A stretch of 64,000 nucleotides of DNA from Endomicrobiales bacterium (GCA_963794945.1 CAWCFT010000016.1:47339-111338), one strand, 5' to 3'; counted from the first letter of the stretch, positions 48,800 through 59,816 are shown. A program made the numbers and translations. Notes: generated by a model from the sequence alone, not told the origin.

Positions 48800-49439
48800 T
48801 TACTTATCAGCCTTTCCTGTTTGTTTATCAGAAAAGTTAATGTTGTCCGATTTCTTAGCCTTAAAAAATGACATATTCGTGCCGCAGCCAAGATAGACGC
48901 CAAGCATAGTGACATTTTCGGAGGCGTTTATCTGACTATAACGCACTGAGAGATCTATATCATAGTCCTTTATTATCCTGGTTTTGGCGCCCACCAGCAA
49001 ACAGTACGCCGCCGTAAACATTCTCCGAGCTTGAAGCCGGCGAAGAGTCCGGCGTCGCGTTCGTGTAGCCCTGCAGAGCAAAATAGGGGCCGGCGCTCAG
49101 GCCCGCGTACGGCGTAATTCTACCTCCAACAAAATCGTATTCAATATCCCCAAGAAGCGGCATGAGCACAAGCGACTTATTAATGACGAACTTTTCTTTA
49201 TCCCAGGAAATATAAACTTCGTCCAGCCCGAACTCGGCCCCGTATTTAAAGTTATCTTCACCGAACAGCGCCTGAAAAAACGCGGTTACGCCTCCTTTGT
49301 TGACTCCGGGCTCGGATATATCCGGCTTAAGAAGCGAACCGTAACCGGCACAAACTCTGCCGTAAAAATCGTCAGCTGATGAGTTAACCTTCAAGCCTAC
49401 TATCACGCACACCGACAAAAACATTATTTTCAACATCAT
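48800..49439 (-). CDS. Probable outer-membrane beta-barrel protein (apparent indel near 48995)
   Basis: Signal peptide; ITPYAGLSAGPY; continues in ORF 48800-49081 as LLVGAK...DLSVRY...VYLG. Confidence 0.55.
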
Positions 49440-49444
49440 ATATT

Positions 49445-50233
49445 CTATTTAACACCAACATAATACAAACGGTTAAAATCAACTTTCACCTTGCCGTCTT
49501 TCGCTTCCTTGGCCATCTCTTCCTTTACACAAGCGTTGAACCTGGCAATGAATTCATCGCTTATATCGATGTCATAATACTGTTTGCTGATATAACCGTT
49601 AGCCACACCGGAGAGATAAACGCTGAACGCGTCTTCTACAGTGAAATAATTTTCTTCGTACACTATTTCCAGGTATTGGGTTTTAAACCCATGTTTAGAA
49701 AAAAATACCCCGTAATCCGATTTTTCTGGAAGATGGAACCAGGGATTTTTCCAATGGGAGAATACAGGGTTAATGTCCGGCCTTTCTTTTACCTTTGAAA
49801 CTATGCTCTGGAAAAAATACGCCCAATTGAACGTAGCCGGGCACGCGATGCCAAGCCTGCCGTTTTTTTTGAGGCAGCGGTATACAGCAGCCATCGCGCC
49901 GTCCGGCTTATTGAACCACTGCAGCGCAGAGTTGCAGAACGCCACGTCAAACTCGTTGTCGTAATCCATGTCTTCTACGCTCACCTGGCGGCATTCCAAA
50001 CCCGGGTGGAACTTCATAGCCTGGCTTATCATTCCCGATGAGACATCCGTGCATAAGACCCTGCCTGACGTCATGTTTTTTATCTGCGCCGCTATGTGCC
50101 CGGGCCCGCAGGCGATATCGATCACGCTTTCGTTCTTTCCGATTTTTAGCAGCTCAAGCAGTTTTGCGGCCGCGCTCTTCTGGACAAGCGACTTATCCTT
50201 GTACTCGTTTGAAACTTTATCAAATGTGTCCAT
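49445..50233 (-). CDS. Class I SAM-dependent methyltransferase (Tam/BioC-like)
   Basis: VIDIACGPG, DVSSGMI, FDVAFCNSALQW, LKKNG. Confidence 0.85.
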   Translation of the reverse strand: MDTFDKVSNEYKDKSLVQKSAAAKLLELLKIGKNESVIDIACGPGHIAAQIKNMTSGRVLCTDVSSGMISQAMKFHPGLECRQVSVEDMDYDNEFDVAFCNSALQWFNKPDGAMAAVYRCLKKNGRLGIACPATFNWAYFFQSIVSKVKERPDINPVFSHWKNPWFHLPEKSDYGVFFSKHGFKTQYLEIVYEENYFTVEDAFSVYLSGVANGYISKQYYDIDISDEFIARFNACVKEEMAKEAKDGKVKVDFNRLYYVGVK

Positions 50234-50280
50234 GTGATCACCGTTTTCTCGTTTTATAGTGTGTTTTTCTAAATTAAAAT

Positions 50281-50331
50281 TATAGACCGCAAACCTAAGA
50301 CTGTAGTCTACAGGCTGTGGTCTATAGTCTA
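50281..50331. repeat. Heptamer-periodic inverted repeat (intergenic)
   Basis: TATAGAC CGCAAAC CTAAGAC / TGTAGTC TACAGGC TGTGGTC TATAGTC. Confidence 0.65.
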
Positions 50332-50350
50332 ATTATCTACCTCTTCTGCC

Positions 50351-51436
50351 TTATAAAATTACCAGGTTGTCTTTGTGGACCACTTCGTCGTAATCAGCTT
50401 CAGGGAGAATCATTTTTATCTCAGCCGACTTTTTCCCTTTAATATTAACCAGGTCACAAGCTGAAAAATAGGTTAAACCCCTTGCTATTTCTTTGCCGCT
50501 TGAGGTGTATATACCTACAGGGTCACCCGCAGAGAACTTTCCTTCAACAGAAACGACACCGGTTGCTAGAAGGCTTTTGTTCTTTCCGATAAGAGCAGCC
50601 TCAGCGCCGGCATCAACGAATACCTTGCCCTTGCACTTGGCACCGAAGGCTATCCAGCATTTTCTAGGCTCCAGTATCTTGCCAGGTACAAAAAGGGTTC
50701 CGCAAGCCTCACCCCTGATAACAGCCGATATCTTCTCAGGAGAATGTCCGTTAAGTATTACCATTTTGACGCCGGAAGCAACCGCTATTTTTGCCGCAGC
50801 TATCTTTGTCCTCATTCCGCCCGTGCCTTTGCCGCTGGAGGAGTCGCCACCCGCGCATGCTTCTATATCCTGGGTAATTTTTTTTACTTCCGGGATCAAT
50901 TCTCCTTTCACCGGGCCGCCCCTGTAAAGCCCTCCTACATCCGTCAAAAGAAAAAGCCAGTCAGCTGACACCTTCGCAGCCACCAGCGCGGCAAGCGTAT
51001 CATTGTCCCCGAAATTTATTTCCTCTACTGCCACGGTATCGTTCTCGTTAATTATCGGCAGGGCGCCCATCTCCAGCAATGATAAAAGCGTGTTCCTTGC
51101 ATTTAAGTACCTGGCGCGGTCGTCAAAATCCTGTCGGATTAAGAGTACCTGCGCGGCCGTTATCCCCAGCGCGTTGAAACAGGTCTTATAGGCGTTCATA
51201 AGTATCGGCTGTCCAATGGCCGCGAGCGCCTGTTTTTCCCTTAGCGAATCCGGGCGTGAGAATATACCCATCTTGCCCATGCCGGCACCGATGGCTCCGG
51301 ATGTGACAAGGACTACGTCAATCCCGCTCTTCTTAATAGCGTTGACCTCTTCAGCGAGCGACATTATCCACGCTTTATCAAGCGACCCGTCCGCCGGAGC
51401 CAGAAGATTCGTACCGACTTTTATTACTATTCTCAT
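50351..51436 (-). CDS. proB: Glutamate 5-kinase with PUA domain
   Basis: VIKVGT, TSGAIGAG, AAIGQ, PIINENDTV, FGDNDTL, GTGGMRTK. Confidence 0.95.
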   Translation of the reverse strand: MRIVIKVGTNLLAPADGSLDKAWIMSLAEEVNAIKKSGIDVVLVTSGAIGAGMGKMGIFSRPDSLREKQALAAIGQPILMNAYKTCFNALGITAAQVLLIRQDFDDRARYLNARNTLLSLLEMGALPIINENDTVAVEEINFGDNDTLAALVAAKVSADWLFLLTDVGGLYRGGPVKGELIPEVKKITQDIEACAGGDSSSGKGTGGMRTKIAAAKIAVASGVKMVILNGHSPEKISAVIRGEACGTLFVPGKILEPRKCWIAFGAKCKGKVFVDAGAEAALIGKNKSLLATGVVSVEGKFSAGDPVGIYTSSGKEIARGLTYFSACDLVNIKGKKSAEIKMILPEADYDEVVHKDNLVIL

Positions 51437-51448
51437 ATTTTACCCTTT

Positions 51449-51597
51449 CAAATATCAAAGATTTCATGCCCTAGGCAGATCCGCCTCTGGCGGAAAATAT
51501 CAAAATTATTGTATCCCTCAAACCGGGATTTATCTAAATTTATTTTGCGCAGCAAGATCCCATAATTTTGATCTTTGATGTTTGGTTTTTAAATTTT
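51449..51597. repeat. Heptamer-periodic inverted repeat with nested GC hairpin
   Basis: AAATATCAAAGAT...[ATCCGCCTCTGGCGGA]AAATATCAAAATTAT...ATAATTTTGATCTTTGATGTTTGG. Confidence 0.6.
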
Positions 51598-52988
51598 CTA
51601 GGCGGTGTAATCCTTCTTGGCGTATTTTCCAAGCTGCGCTTCTATTTCCTCTTTCTGTTTTTCAAATCCAGCGCGGCCCATAAGCGCGTAGGTTAGCTGT
51701 TTGCCCAACTCCACGCCAGGCTGGTCGAAAGCGTTAATATCGAAAAGTTCGCCCGCATATGCCGTGGCAAGCTCCAGCATATACAGGAGCTGCCCTATGG
51801 TTTCGGGAGAAACTTCCGGAAGCGATATCGTAAGGTTCGGCCTGTTCTCTTTTGTAAGAGCCAGGCGAGTCGCTTCTTCTTCAGCCTTGAGTAGTTCATT
51901 TAATGTGCGGCCACCAAGATAGTGTCCGTCATAGAGCGGTATCTTCATCGTCTTGCCGAATTTTTCCACCGAAATGAATGTTATAACTTTATCCTGCGGG
52001 CCTTCGATATAAAGTTGAACCTGTGAGTGCTGGTCCGTAGCGCCTAAAGCTTTTATAGGAGTTGGCCCGACATTTACAACCTCGCCGCGGCGGTTCATTT
52101 TCTTGCCTAGGCTTTCCGCCCACAGCTGCCTGTACCAGTCAGCAACACCGTAAAGCGAGTTCGCGTAAGGCATCATGACCGATAACGGCCTTTTTAGCCA
52201 GTAGAAAAGATATTGTATCGCCGCGTATAGAGCCGCCGGATTCTTTAAAAGAGTGTCGTTAGAGCAGCGCGCGTCCATCTCGGCAGCGCCCTCGAGCAGT
52301 TTTTCAATGTTTATTCCTGTAAAAGCTCGGAAATAAGGCCCACTGGTGAAAACACCGAGAACCTGCCGCCAACGTTTGCGGGAACGACAAAATTAAGTAT
52401 CCCTTCTTTGTCCGCCATCTCGCGGAGATAGCCTTTAGATGAATCGGTCGTGATTATTATATGCTCGCTGTATTTTTTCCCGACTTTCTTTTCGAGAGCC
52501 TTCTTGAGTATGAAAAAATTTGAGAGGCACTCGGCTGTCGTGCCCGCCTTTGAAATAACGTTAAAAACTGTTTTCTCCACATCAAGCACATCCAGCAGGC
52601 CCGATATATAATCTGGGTCGACGTTGTCCGGGACAAAAAGTTTGAGGCTTCCTTTGCGGTTTGCGCTTGAAAGCATGTTCCAATACGGATGCTTTAGCGC
52701 CTGCTGCAGCGCGATATTGCCGAGCGCCGAACCGCCTATGCCTATAACCACAAGATTTTCAAATTTTGGCGTCAGCTTTTTTGCCACTGCTTTTATCTGC
52801 TTCGCTAATTCGGTCTTATAAGGAAGCTCCATAAAACCGAGCTTGCCTTCTTTTTTCTTGGCCTCTATCGCTTTATAGGCATCTGTAATTTTTGGCGCCA
52901 GGGCATTAAGTTCTTCTATCGTTATGCCGGTTTCCCCTGTAAATTCCTTGAGACAGTTCGCGTAATTAAGCTTAATCTTTCCAGACAT
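51598..52988 (-). CDS. pgi: Glucose-6-phosphate isomerase (apparent indel near 52328)
   Basis: GIGGSALG, ISKAGTTAE, VGGRFSV; corrected GLISAAFTGINIEKLL; QLWAESLGK, DQHSQVQ, FDQPGVELGK. Confidence 0.93.
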
Positions 52989-53082
52989 GTTCTTGTTTCT
53001 CCTTATATAATAGTTACAAATTTCAGTAGATTATATCCTTTTTAGCTGATATTATCAAATACCGCTTGCCTGACCCTGGATT

Positions 53083-53967
53083 TTAGTCTCTAACCATCCC
53101 CCAAAGTATCCCGGCATAATCTCTGAGATTTATGTAAACAGGGGCTGACGGCATTGGCACCCTGCCGGGAAACGGGCGGGAATACACGCTTACAAGCGTA
53201 TGATGCAGGACATGTTCTCTCGAATCGCCGTGTGTAAAAAATAAAAATATTTTTTCGAAGAAGCCATCGGCCTTGAGGTTCCTGACCTTTCTGTTCCTTT
53301 CATGCCAGTCTCCTTCAATTATCAGGTTGCCGTGCTCAACCAGCTGGGAGTGGTGAAGAAGGAACGAATCGAGCCAAAAATTGATGATAAACGCTACGGC
53401 AATAGTATGGGCGGGAACATTAAATATAAAGTGGTTTACCGCAGATATGCTCACCAGAAAAACAGTTATAAAAACCAGCGATAAGATAAGCCTCGAAAAC
53501 CTGTATTTCGGCTTATACTTGGGATTGAAAGGGACCATAAGCGAAGAAATTATTGTAAGAAAGGCAATACCGAAAATGATCTCGGAAATATTATAGATCC
53601 TTCTTAAAATGGGGCTGGCAATTTTTCCCAGTGGATGGAATTCACCGTCGTCCCATGAATTTACTCCGGAGTGGTGGAATCCGTGCAGCGCTTTGTATAT
53701 CTGCGGGTCGGTAAGTAAAATCCAGGAGAACAAATTATAGAAGAATTCATTAGGCACGTTTGGCACATATTTATGCCAGGTCTCGTGCATAAGAAAGCCC
53801 GTCCAGGTAAAAAGATACACTCCTGGAAAGATCATCAGCGCCAGTGCGCCCATGACCGAAAATTTGAAAATACAGGGTAAAAACAGAAGATATGCCGGCC
53901 ACGCAACAGCCACAAAATAAAATTTCCAGCTTTGCTTTTTAATGTCTTCTTCGGATATATAATTCAT
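53083..53967 (-). CDS. Membrane fatty-acid desaturase-family protein
   Basis: His boxes HETWH, HGFHH, HVLHH; multiple TMs. Confidence 0.75.
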   Translation of the reverse strand: MNYISEEDIKKQSWKFYFVAVAWPAYLLFLPCIFKFSVMGALALMIFPGVYLFTWTGFLMHETWHKYVPNVPNEFFYNLFSWILLTDPQIYKALHGFHHSGVNSWDDGEFHPLGKIASPILRRIYNISEIIFGIAFLTIISSLMVPFNPKYKPKYRFSRLILSLVFITVFLVSISAVNHFIFNVPAHTIAVAFIINFWLDSFLLHHSQLVEHGNLIIEGDWHERNRKVRNLKADGFFEKIFLFFTHGDSREHVLHHTLVSVYSRPFPGRVPMPSAPVYINLRDYAGILWGMVRD

Positions 53968-53984
53968 ACAAAACCCCTACGGAC

Positions 53985-54069
53985 AAATCCGAAATGGCTG
54001 TTTTGTCTTTATTTGTTTTTTTACTATTTGAAATTGATTAGAAATTCGTATTTCGATATTCGAAATTGC
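53985..54069. repeat. Degenerate heptamer-periodic repeat
   Basis: AAATCCGAAAT ... AAATTCG TATTTCG ATATTCG AAATT. Confidence 0.55.
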
Positions 54070-54076
54070 CTTAATG

Positions 54077-54733
54077 TTATTTCTTACGGACGTAAATCTG
54101 CCCCGCCATGTCCGAATCTAGCGCTATTTGCGTCTCTCCCGCGTCAATTACATATGAAGGCGAGTTCTGGTGGAGGTGTATGATAGTGCCTGGCACTATA
54201 CCCATCGAAAGAAGCTTGTGCAAGTGCGGGTGATTGGCCGTCACAATGTAAGCGACAGCCGCGTTCTCGCCGACCGTAAGTTTTGTTAGCGGCATTACTA
54301 TCGACCCGACTTTTTCCGCCGATTTCTCGCAGCAGGGGCCGGACGGTATCGCAAGGCCGTGCGGGCACATCTTGGGATGTCCCAGGAGAGTGCATATCGA
54401 ATCAGTCACGTCCGCTGAGATTATATGTTCGAACTCACAAGCCACTTTATCCACGTCTTCGCCTTTAACTTCCAGCACATCGGCCAGGAGACGCTCTGTA
54501 AGCCTGTGCCGGCGAGTAATGTTCCTGCCGGTCTCTTCACCTTCTTTCGTGAGTTCTATATTGTCCCCTTCGACATAGACCATGTTCTGGGCAATAAGGT
54601 CTTCAAATACTTTGTCGCCGATCCAGTTAGCGATGTCCGCCTGTAGTGTTTTTTTGTCCTTCTGATTGCATTGCTTGTTCTTCCAAAGGACTTCCAGCGC
54701 TTCTTCGATGTCAAGCAGTTTTTGTAATTTCAT
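54077..54733 (-). CDS. DtxR/MntR-family metal-dependent regulator with C-terminal FeoA domain
   Basis: RRHRLTERLL, ACEFEH, LGHPKMCPHG.IP, LLSMGIVPG. Confidence 0.88.
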   Translation of the reverse strand: MKLQKLLDIEEALEVLWKNKQCNQKDKKTLQADIANWIGDKVFEDLIAQNMVYVEGDNIELTKEGEETGRNITRRHRLTERLLADVLEVKGEDVDKVACEFEHIISADVTDSICTLLGHPKMCPHGLAIPSGPCCEKSAEKVGSIVMPLTKLTVGENAAVAYIVTANHPHLHKLLSMGIVPGTIIHLHQNSPSYVIDAGETQIALDSDMAGQIYVRKK

Positions 54734-54746
54734 CTGATACCGCCTT

Positions 54747-56657
54747 TTAAATAATATGAGTTAGAATGACGAGATAGTTCATCATGCCCGAAAACAGCAG
54801 GGCGTAAAGTGAAACAAAAAGGAATATCAGCGCGCCGATCTTCCATCCCTGTTCTTTTATCACTATAAAACACTGGGCTATGCACGGCATAAAAAGCGTG
54901 ATGGCAATGGTGCTCACCAGCACCTGACGCGCGGAAAGTTCGCCGGCTTTAGCCATCATGAAAAGCCCCGCCGCGCCGTAATCTCTCCTCAGGAACCCTA
55001 GAATAAAACTTTGCGCTACCTTCTCGGGAAGGCCCAAAAACCCGTTCAGAATGGGTTTAAGCAGGTGTTCTATCCCAACAAGTATATGCAGTTTGTCGCA
55101 CATAAAAAGTATGAACGTGCCAAGCGCGAACAGGGGCACAGCCTCTTTGAGGTACCATATCAGGCGCATTTTTATCTTGATAAAAATGTTAGACACCGCA
55201 GGCCACCTGAGCGGCGGTATCTCAAGCATGAAAGGCGACCGTTTGCCCGGTATCATTTTGCCCGAAATGGAACCGACAAGGAAAAGCGAGCCCGAGATAG
55301 ACAAAAACCATAGTAAGGAAACCTTCCACGAAAGACCGGAAAGCATCCCAAGTATAACACCCGCCTGAGCCGAGCATGGCACCGCAAGCGAAATTAGAAG
55401 AATTACTATCAGCCTTTCCCTTCTTGTTTCAAGTATCCTTGAGCTCATGGCTGCCATCGTGCCGCAGCCGAGGCCCAGCACCATCGGCAACACAGCCTTG
55501 CCGTTTAACCCAAGAAGCTCGAAGAGCTTGTCTATCATTACCGAAAGCCTCGGCAGGTAGCCCGAATCTTCCAGGAAACCGAAGTAAAAAAAGAAGGCGC
55601 CGACTATTGGGAAAACTATCGCGAAAGCGTATGTTAAAGCCATTGATATAAGGCCGTAAGGCCCGACAAGGAGGTCGTTTATAAAACCCGCGCCGAAAAC
55701 TTTTGCCGACAACATCGTAAAGAACGGGTTGATAAACCCGCCGAACAATTGTTTTTCCAGCAGGTTCACAAGAGTGCCCGCCGCGAACACACCTACAAAC
55801 TCGTACATTACGAACAGCGCCAGAAGCACCACAAGGTACCCCGGAAAGGGTTTCATAAGCAGTTCACCCATTTTTTTTGAAAGCGACACGTTCAGTTTCG
55901 GCGTCGTAAGTGTAACCTTACTTAAAAGGTCATTTGCCGCGCTGTTTTTGGCCTTGAATACCGCATCTTTGGCGTCACCTGCCACACCGAGTATTTGTTT
56001 GCGTATCTCGCCATGCAGTTTCAGGTCAACATACCTCAGCGCGGCCTCATCACGCGAAACAAGCATTATGGCAAGTGTCCTTTTTAAATATTTGTTTTCG
56101 GGCAGAAGCTGTTCCGCCTTTGCTATCAACTGCTCTATTTCCGGGTTATAACCTATGTTAAATAAAGGAACCTTCGCAGGCGGTATGTTTTTAGCGATAT
56201 CCTTGACGCCCTCGCCCGTTATGCCTACCGCGCTGACAACGCTTATACCCAACAGCCTGGAAAGCTCCGCGCGGTCAATTTTTATCCCCCTCTCCCTGGC
56301 CTCGTCAGCCATGTTGAGCACAAGAACCATGGGAATCTTCAGTTCAATAAGTTCTATGGTTAAAAGAAGTGTGCGCCTGAGGTTCTTGGCGTCCGCCACT
56401 TGCACTATCACGCCCGGCCGCTCGCGGAATATTACGTCCCTTGTCACCTGCTCGTCTTCGCTGGAAGGGATGAGCGACAAGGTGCCCGGCGTGTCTATTA
56501 ACTGCCAGGGCTGGCCCTCAAGCATCATCATGCCGCGGCTCAAGTCAACCGTAGTGCCCGGGTAGTTGGACACTACAGCGTAACTGCCGCTAAGCTTGTT
56601 AAAAAGCACCGATTTCCCAACGTTCGGGTTGCCTATAAGTACGCATGTTTTGTTCAT
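54747..56657 (-). CDS. feoB: Ferrous iron transporter B
   Basis: GNPNVGKS, NYPGTTV, DTPG, LNMAD, LEDSGYLPR, GLGC, PCSAQ. Confidence 0.95.
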   Translation of the reverse strand: MNKTCVLIGNPNVGKSVLFNKLSGSYAVVSNYPGTTVDLSRGMMMLEGQPWQLIDTPGTLSLIPSSEDEQVTRDVIFRERPGVIVQVADAKNLRRTLLLTIELIELKIPMVLVLNMADEARERGIKIDRAELSRLLGISVVSAVGITGEGVKDIAKNIPPAKVPLFNIGYNPEIEQLIAKAEQLLPENKYLKRTLAIMLVSRDEAALRYVDLKLHGEIRKQILGVAGDAKDAVFKAKNSAANDLLSKVTLTTPKLNVSLSKKMGELLMKPFPGYLVVLLALFVMYEFVGVFAAGTLVNLLEKQLFGGFINPFFTMLSAKVFGAGFINDLLVGPYGLISMALTYAFAIVFPIVGAFFFYFGFLEDSGYLPRLSVMIDKLFELLGLNGKAVLPMVLGLGCGTMAAMSSRILETRRERLIVILLISLAVPCSAQAGVILGMLSGLSWKVSLLWFLSISGSLFLVGSISGKMIPGKRSPFMLEIPPLRWPAVSNIFIKIKMRLIWYLKEAVPLFALGTFILFMCDKLHILVGIEHLLKPILNGFLGLPEKVAQSFILGFLRRDYGAAGLFMMAKAGELSARQVLVSTIAITLFMPCIAQCFIVIKEQGWKIGALIFLFVSLYALLFSGMMNYLVILTHII

Positions 56658-56710
56658 AATATTTTAATTTTCCTTCTCCAAGTTCTGGACATGCTACAAC
56701 AGGTCTATTG

Positions 56711-57253
56711 CTAACGACCGCACTTAAGGGAGGTCTCCCAATACAGCAGCGCAATTATAGTTTTAGAATCCATTATCTGGCCGTTCTTGACTTTCTTAAG
56801 GGCTTCTTTAAAAGGCATCACACAGTGTTCAATGAATTCATCTTCATCCGGCGACTTCTTGGCAGGAATTAGCCCGAAGGCAGCGTACACATGGAGCACC
56901 TCGTTGGAAAAAGCCGGCGTCGGCCAGTATGAAATAAGTTTTTTTATCTTTTTGGGCCTGAACCCGGTTTCCTCTTCGAGCTCGCGCCTTACACAGGCCT
57001 CTGGTTTTTCGTTCTTATCCAGTTTCCCGGCCGGTATCTCGAGTGTAAGCTTGCCAACCGGATAACGATATTGCGAAACAAGCACGATATTATCCTTGTT
57101 CAAAAACGGTATCACAGCCACAGCCCCAGGGTGTTCAAGGTACTCCCGAGTAGCCTTTTTCCCGTCAGGCAGGCGGATCTCATCAACCGAAAAATTAACG
57201 GCATTGCCCTTATAAACCCTGTTACGCTTCAAAAGTTTTTCAGTGAATTTCAT
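56711..57253 (-). CDS. nudF: NUDIX hydrolase (ADP-ribose pyrophosphatase-like)
   Basis: HPGAV, QYRYP, EIPAGKLD...RRELEEETG Nudix box, DEDEFIE. Confidence 0.88.
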   Translation of the reverse strand: MKFTEKLLKRNRVYKGNAVNFSVDEIRLPDGKKATREYLEHPGAVAVIPFLNKDNIVLVSQYRYPVGKLTLEIPAGKLDKNEKPEACVRRELEEETGFRPKKIKKLISYWPTPAFSNEVLHVYAAFGLIPAKKSPDEDEFIEHCVMPFKEALKKVKNGQIMDSKTIIALLYWETSLKCGR

Positions 57254-57358
57254 TTTTATTCCTTTCGTATAAATTTATATTATTATAGCATTTTTGTGCG
57301 TAGTTCTGCCTTAAAAGCTGACGACTGATTGCCGGCCGCTGATTGCCGCCGTTAATGC

Positions 57359-57388
57359 TTGACAAACCCTCGCCCCTTTTAATATAAT
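57359..57388 (+). promoter_or_regulatory. Consensus sigma70 promoter for ndk-pckG
   Basis: TTGACA-18 bp-TATAAT. Confidence 0.75.
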
Positions 57389-57421
57389 CTTACGAATAAA
57401 AATTATGTGAGGAGCGTTTCT

Positions 57422-57952
57422 ATGCCAGGCAACGGAACAAAAAATATACAGCAGCTGCTCATACTTATTAAACCTGACGGACTTAAAAAATCTCTCACGG
57501 GAAATATACTTACAAAACTATCCGAGGCGAAACTTGTTATCATTGGCGCCAAGGTAGTCCACGTCAGCCGTGAGCTTGCCGAAGAGCATTATAAACAACT
57601 CAAAGACAAACCATTTTTCCCCGAGCTTGTTGACTACATTCAAGGCAAGATACACGGAGAACAGTACAGCCGCGTGCTAGCGCTAGTTTACCAGGGCGAA
57701 GACGCCATAGCGAAACTTAGAAAGATCGCCGGCGCGACCAACCCAGAAGAGGCCGACCCCATATCAATTAGAGGCGCTTACGGCAGAATTACTACTAAGG
57801 GCGTATACGAGAATGTCATACACTGCTCTTCCGACCCTGACGAAGCCGCCAGAGAGATAAAGCTCTGGTTTACTCCAAGCGAACTTGTCGTGGATGTTTA
57901 TCCCTCCCAAAAAATAACCCTCGAGAAATGCGAAAAGGTGACCTGGGCTTAG
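57422..57952 (+). CDS. ndk: Nucleoside-diphosphate kinase
   Basis: IKPDG, EEHY..KPFF, GATNP.EA, IRG.YG, NVIHCS; ATG 57422 after GAGGAG. Confidence 0.92.
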   Translation: MPGNGTKNIQQLLILIKPDGLKKSLTGNILTKLSEAKLVIIGAKVVHVSRELAEEHYKQLKDKPFFPELVDYIQGKIHGEQYSRVLALVYQGEDAIAKLRKIAGATNPEEADPISIRGAYGRITTKGVYENVIHCSSDPDEAAREIKLWFTPSELVVDVYPSQKITLEKCEKVTWA

Positions 57953-57998
57953 AAGATCGGCCGGGCGCCACGCAAAAAAATCAAAAAAGGATACCAAA

Positions 57999-59771
57999 AT
58001 GTCCACTTACATGGAAAAATGGGTAGAAGAACAGGCAAAACTAACAAAACCGGACAAAATACACTGGATGGACGGCTCTGAAGAAGAGGCTAAGGCGCTA
58101 ATCGAGATAGGCCTTACCAAAGAAAAGATATCCGGCAATTTTACATTCACAAAACTTAACAACAAAATATATCCAAACTCGTTTTTTCACCGCTCGCACC
58201 CTACGGATGTGGCAAGAACCGAACACCTGACGTACGTCTGCGTACCTAATAAAGAGGATGCTGGCCCCAACAATAATTGGATGCCGGCCGAAGAAGCAAA
58301 AGCCAAGCTGATGCCGCTTTATGATGGTTGCATGAAAGGCCGCACGATGTATGTTATACCCTACGTCATGGGACACCCGGATTCGCCCTATTCAAAACCC
58401 TGCATACAGCTTACCGATTCGGTGTATGTTGCTGTAAGCATGCGTATAATGACCCGCGTTGGGAAAGAAGCGATTGCAAGGATTGGCAACTCCCCCGAAT
58501 TCGTTAAGGGCCTGCACTCTATCGGTGATTTAAACCCTGAGCGTAGATGGATAATGCACTTCCCGGAAGAGGGCCTTGTCATGAGCATAGGCTCGGGCTA
58601 CGGCGGCAACGCGCTGCTTGGCAAAAAATGTTTCGCTTTGAGGATAGGCTCGTACCTCGGCCGCAAAGAGGGCTGGCTTGCCGAACACATGATAATTATA
58701 GGGGTTGAAACTCCGGAAGGCAAGGTGCACTACTTCCTCGGGGCCTTCCCATCGGCCTGCGGGAAGACCAACCTAGCGCTTCTTGATCCGGTTCTCAAAG
58801 GCTATAAAGTCTGGACCATAGGCGACGACATAGCTTGGATAAATGTAGGGCCAGACGGCAGGCTTTACGCCATCAACCCCGAAAAAGGCTTCTTTGGCGT
58901 CGCGCCGGGAACCGGCTACAATACAAACCCCATAATGATGGATACTCTAAAAAACAATAAGTATTTTCCGACACTTTTTACAAATACAGCTATTGATAGA
59001 GACTCAAACACACCCTGGTGGGAAGGCGTTTCGGATGGCATACCAAAAAACCTTACCGACTGGCACGGCAACAACTTTGACCCGTCGCTTGGTAAACCGG
59101 CAGCGCACCCGAACTCAAGGTTTACGGTATCAATATACAACTGTCCGACACTTTCAAAAGAGTACGATAACCCCAAAGGCGTGCCGATATCCGGCATAAT
59201 CTTCGGCGGCAGAAGGAAGACCAATATCCCTCTGGTTACCGAGTCGCTCGGCTGGGAACATGGTGTTTTCTCGGCCTCAATAATGGGATCTGAAACCACC
59301 TCCGCCGCTACAGGCGCCTCAGGCGTCGTCCGTCGCGACCCCATGGCCATGCTGCCATTCTGCGGCTACAATATGGGCGACTACTTTGCCCACTGGCTTA
59401 GCTTCAAGAAAAGAGCGAAACTCTTGCCAAAAATATTCATGGTCAACTGGTTCCGCAAAGATAAGGACGGCAAGTTCCTTTGGCCGGGCTTCCGCGACAA
59501 CTCACGCGTCATCAAATGGATGATAGACAGGATAGAGAACAAGGCGCAGGCGGACGAAACACCTCTTGGCCTTATGCCAAAACACGGCGGCCTGGATCTA
59601 ACCGGGCTTGATATTACAAAAGGGGCGATGGACGAGCTTTTCTCGATCGACAAGAACTCATGGAAGGATGAAATTAAAGATATTGAGAAGTTTTATTCCG
59701 GATTCGGCGACAGAATTCCTGCCGAACTTTCATCAGAACTTAAGAAGCTTAAAGGAAGTCTAGATATATAG
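57999..59771 (+). CDS. pckG: Phosphoenolpyruvate carboxykinase (GTP)
   Basis: DVARTE, GSGYGGNALLGKKCFALR, WLAEHM, FPSACGKTN, GDDIAW, AHPNSRF, RRDPMAM. Confidence 0.96.
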   Translation: MSTYMEKWVEEQAKLTKPDKIHWMDGSEEEAKALIEIGLTKEKISGNFTFTKLNNKIYPNSFFHRSHPTDVARTEHLTYVCVPNKEDAGPNNNWMPAEEAKAKLMPLYDGCMKGRTMYVIPYVMGHPDSPYSKPCIQLTDSVYVAVSMRIMTRVGKEAIARIGNSPEFVKGLHSIGDLNPERRWIMHFPEEGLVMSIGSGYGGNALLGKKCFALRIGSYLGRKEGWLAEHMIIIGVETPEGKVHYFLGAFPSACGKTNLALLDPVLKGYKVWTIGDDIAWINVGPDGRLYAINPEKGFFGVAPGTGYNTNPIMMDTLKNNKYFPTLFTNTAIDRDSNTPWWEGVSDGIPKNLTDWHGNNFDPSLGKPAAHPNSRFTVSIYNCPTLSKEYDNPKGVPISGIIFGGRRKTNIPLVTESLGWEHGVFSASIMGSETTSAATGASGVVRRDPMAMLPFCGYNMGDYFAHWLSFKKRAKLLPKIFMVNWFRKDKDGKFLWPGFRDNSRVIKWMIDRIENKAQADETPLGLMPKHGGLDLTGLDITKGAMDELFSIDKNSWKDEIKDIEKFYSGFGDRIPAELSSELKKLKGSLDI

Positions 59772-59816
59772 TTTTTCCGTCGATATTAATAGTGTATTTT
59801 ACCTTCACTTTGGGGC

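Noticed and set aside
363..59653. Numerous ORF-track entries overlapping the called genes on the opposite strand or in other frames
   Set aside because: Shadow ORFs of well-supported genes, with no motifs or ribosome-binding sites.
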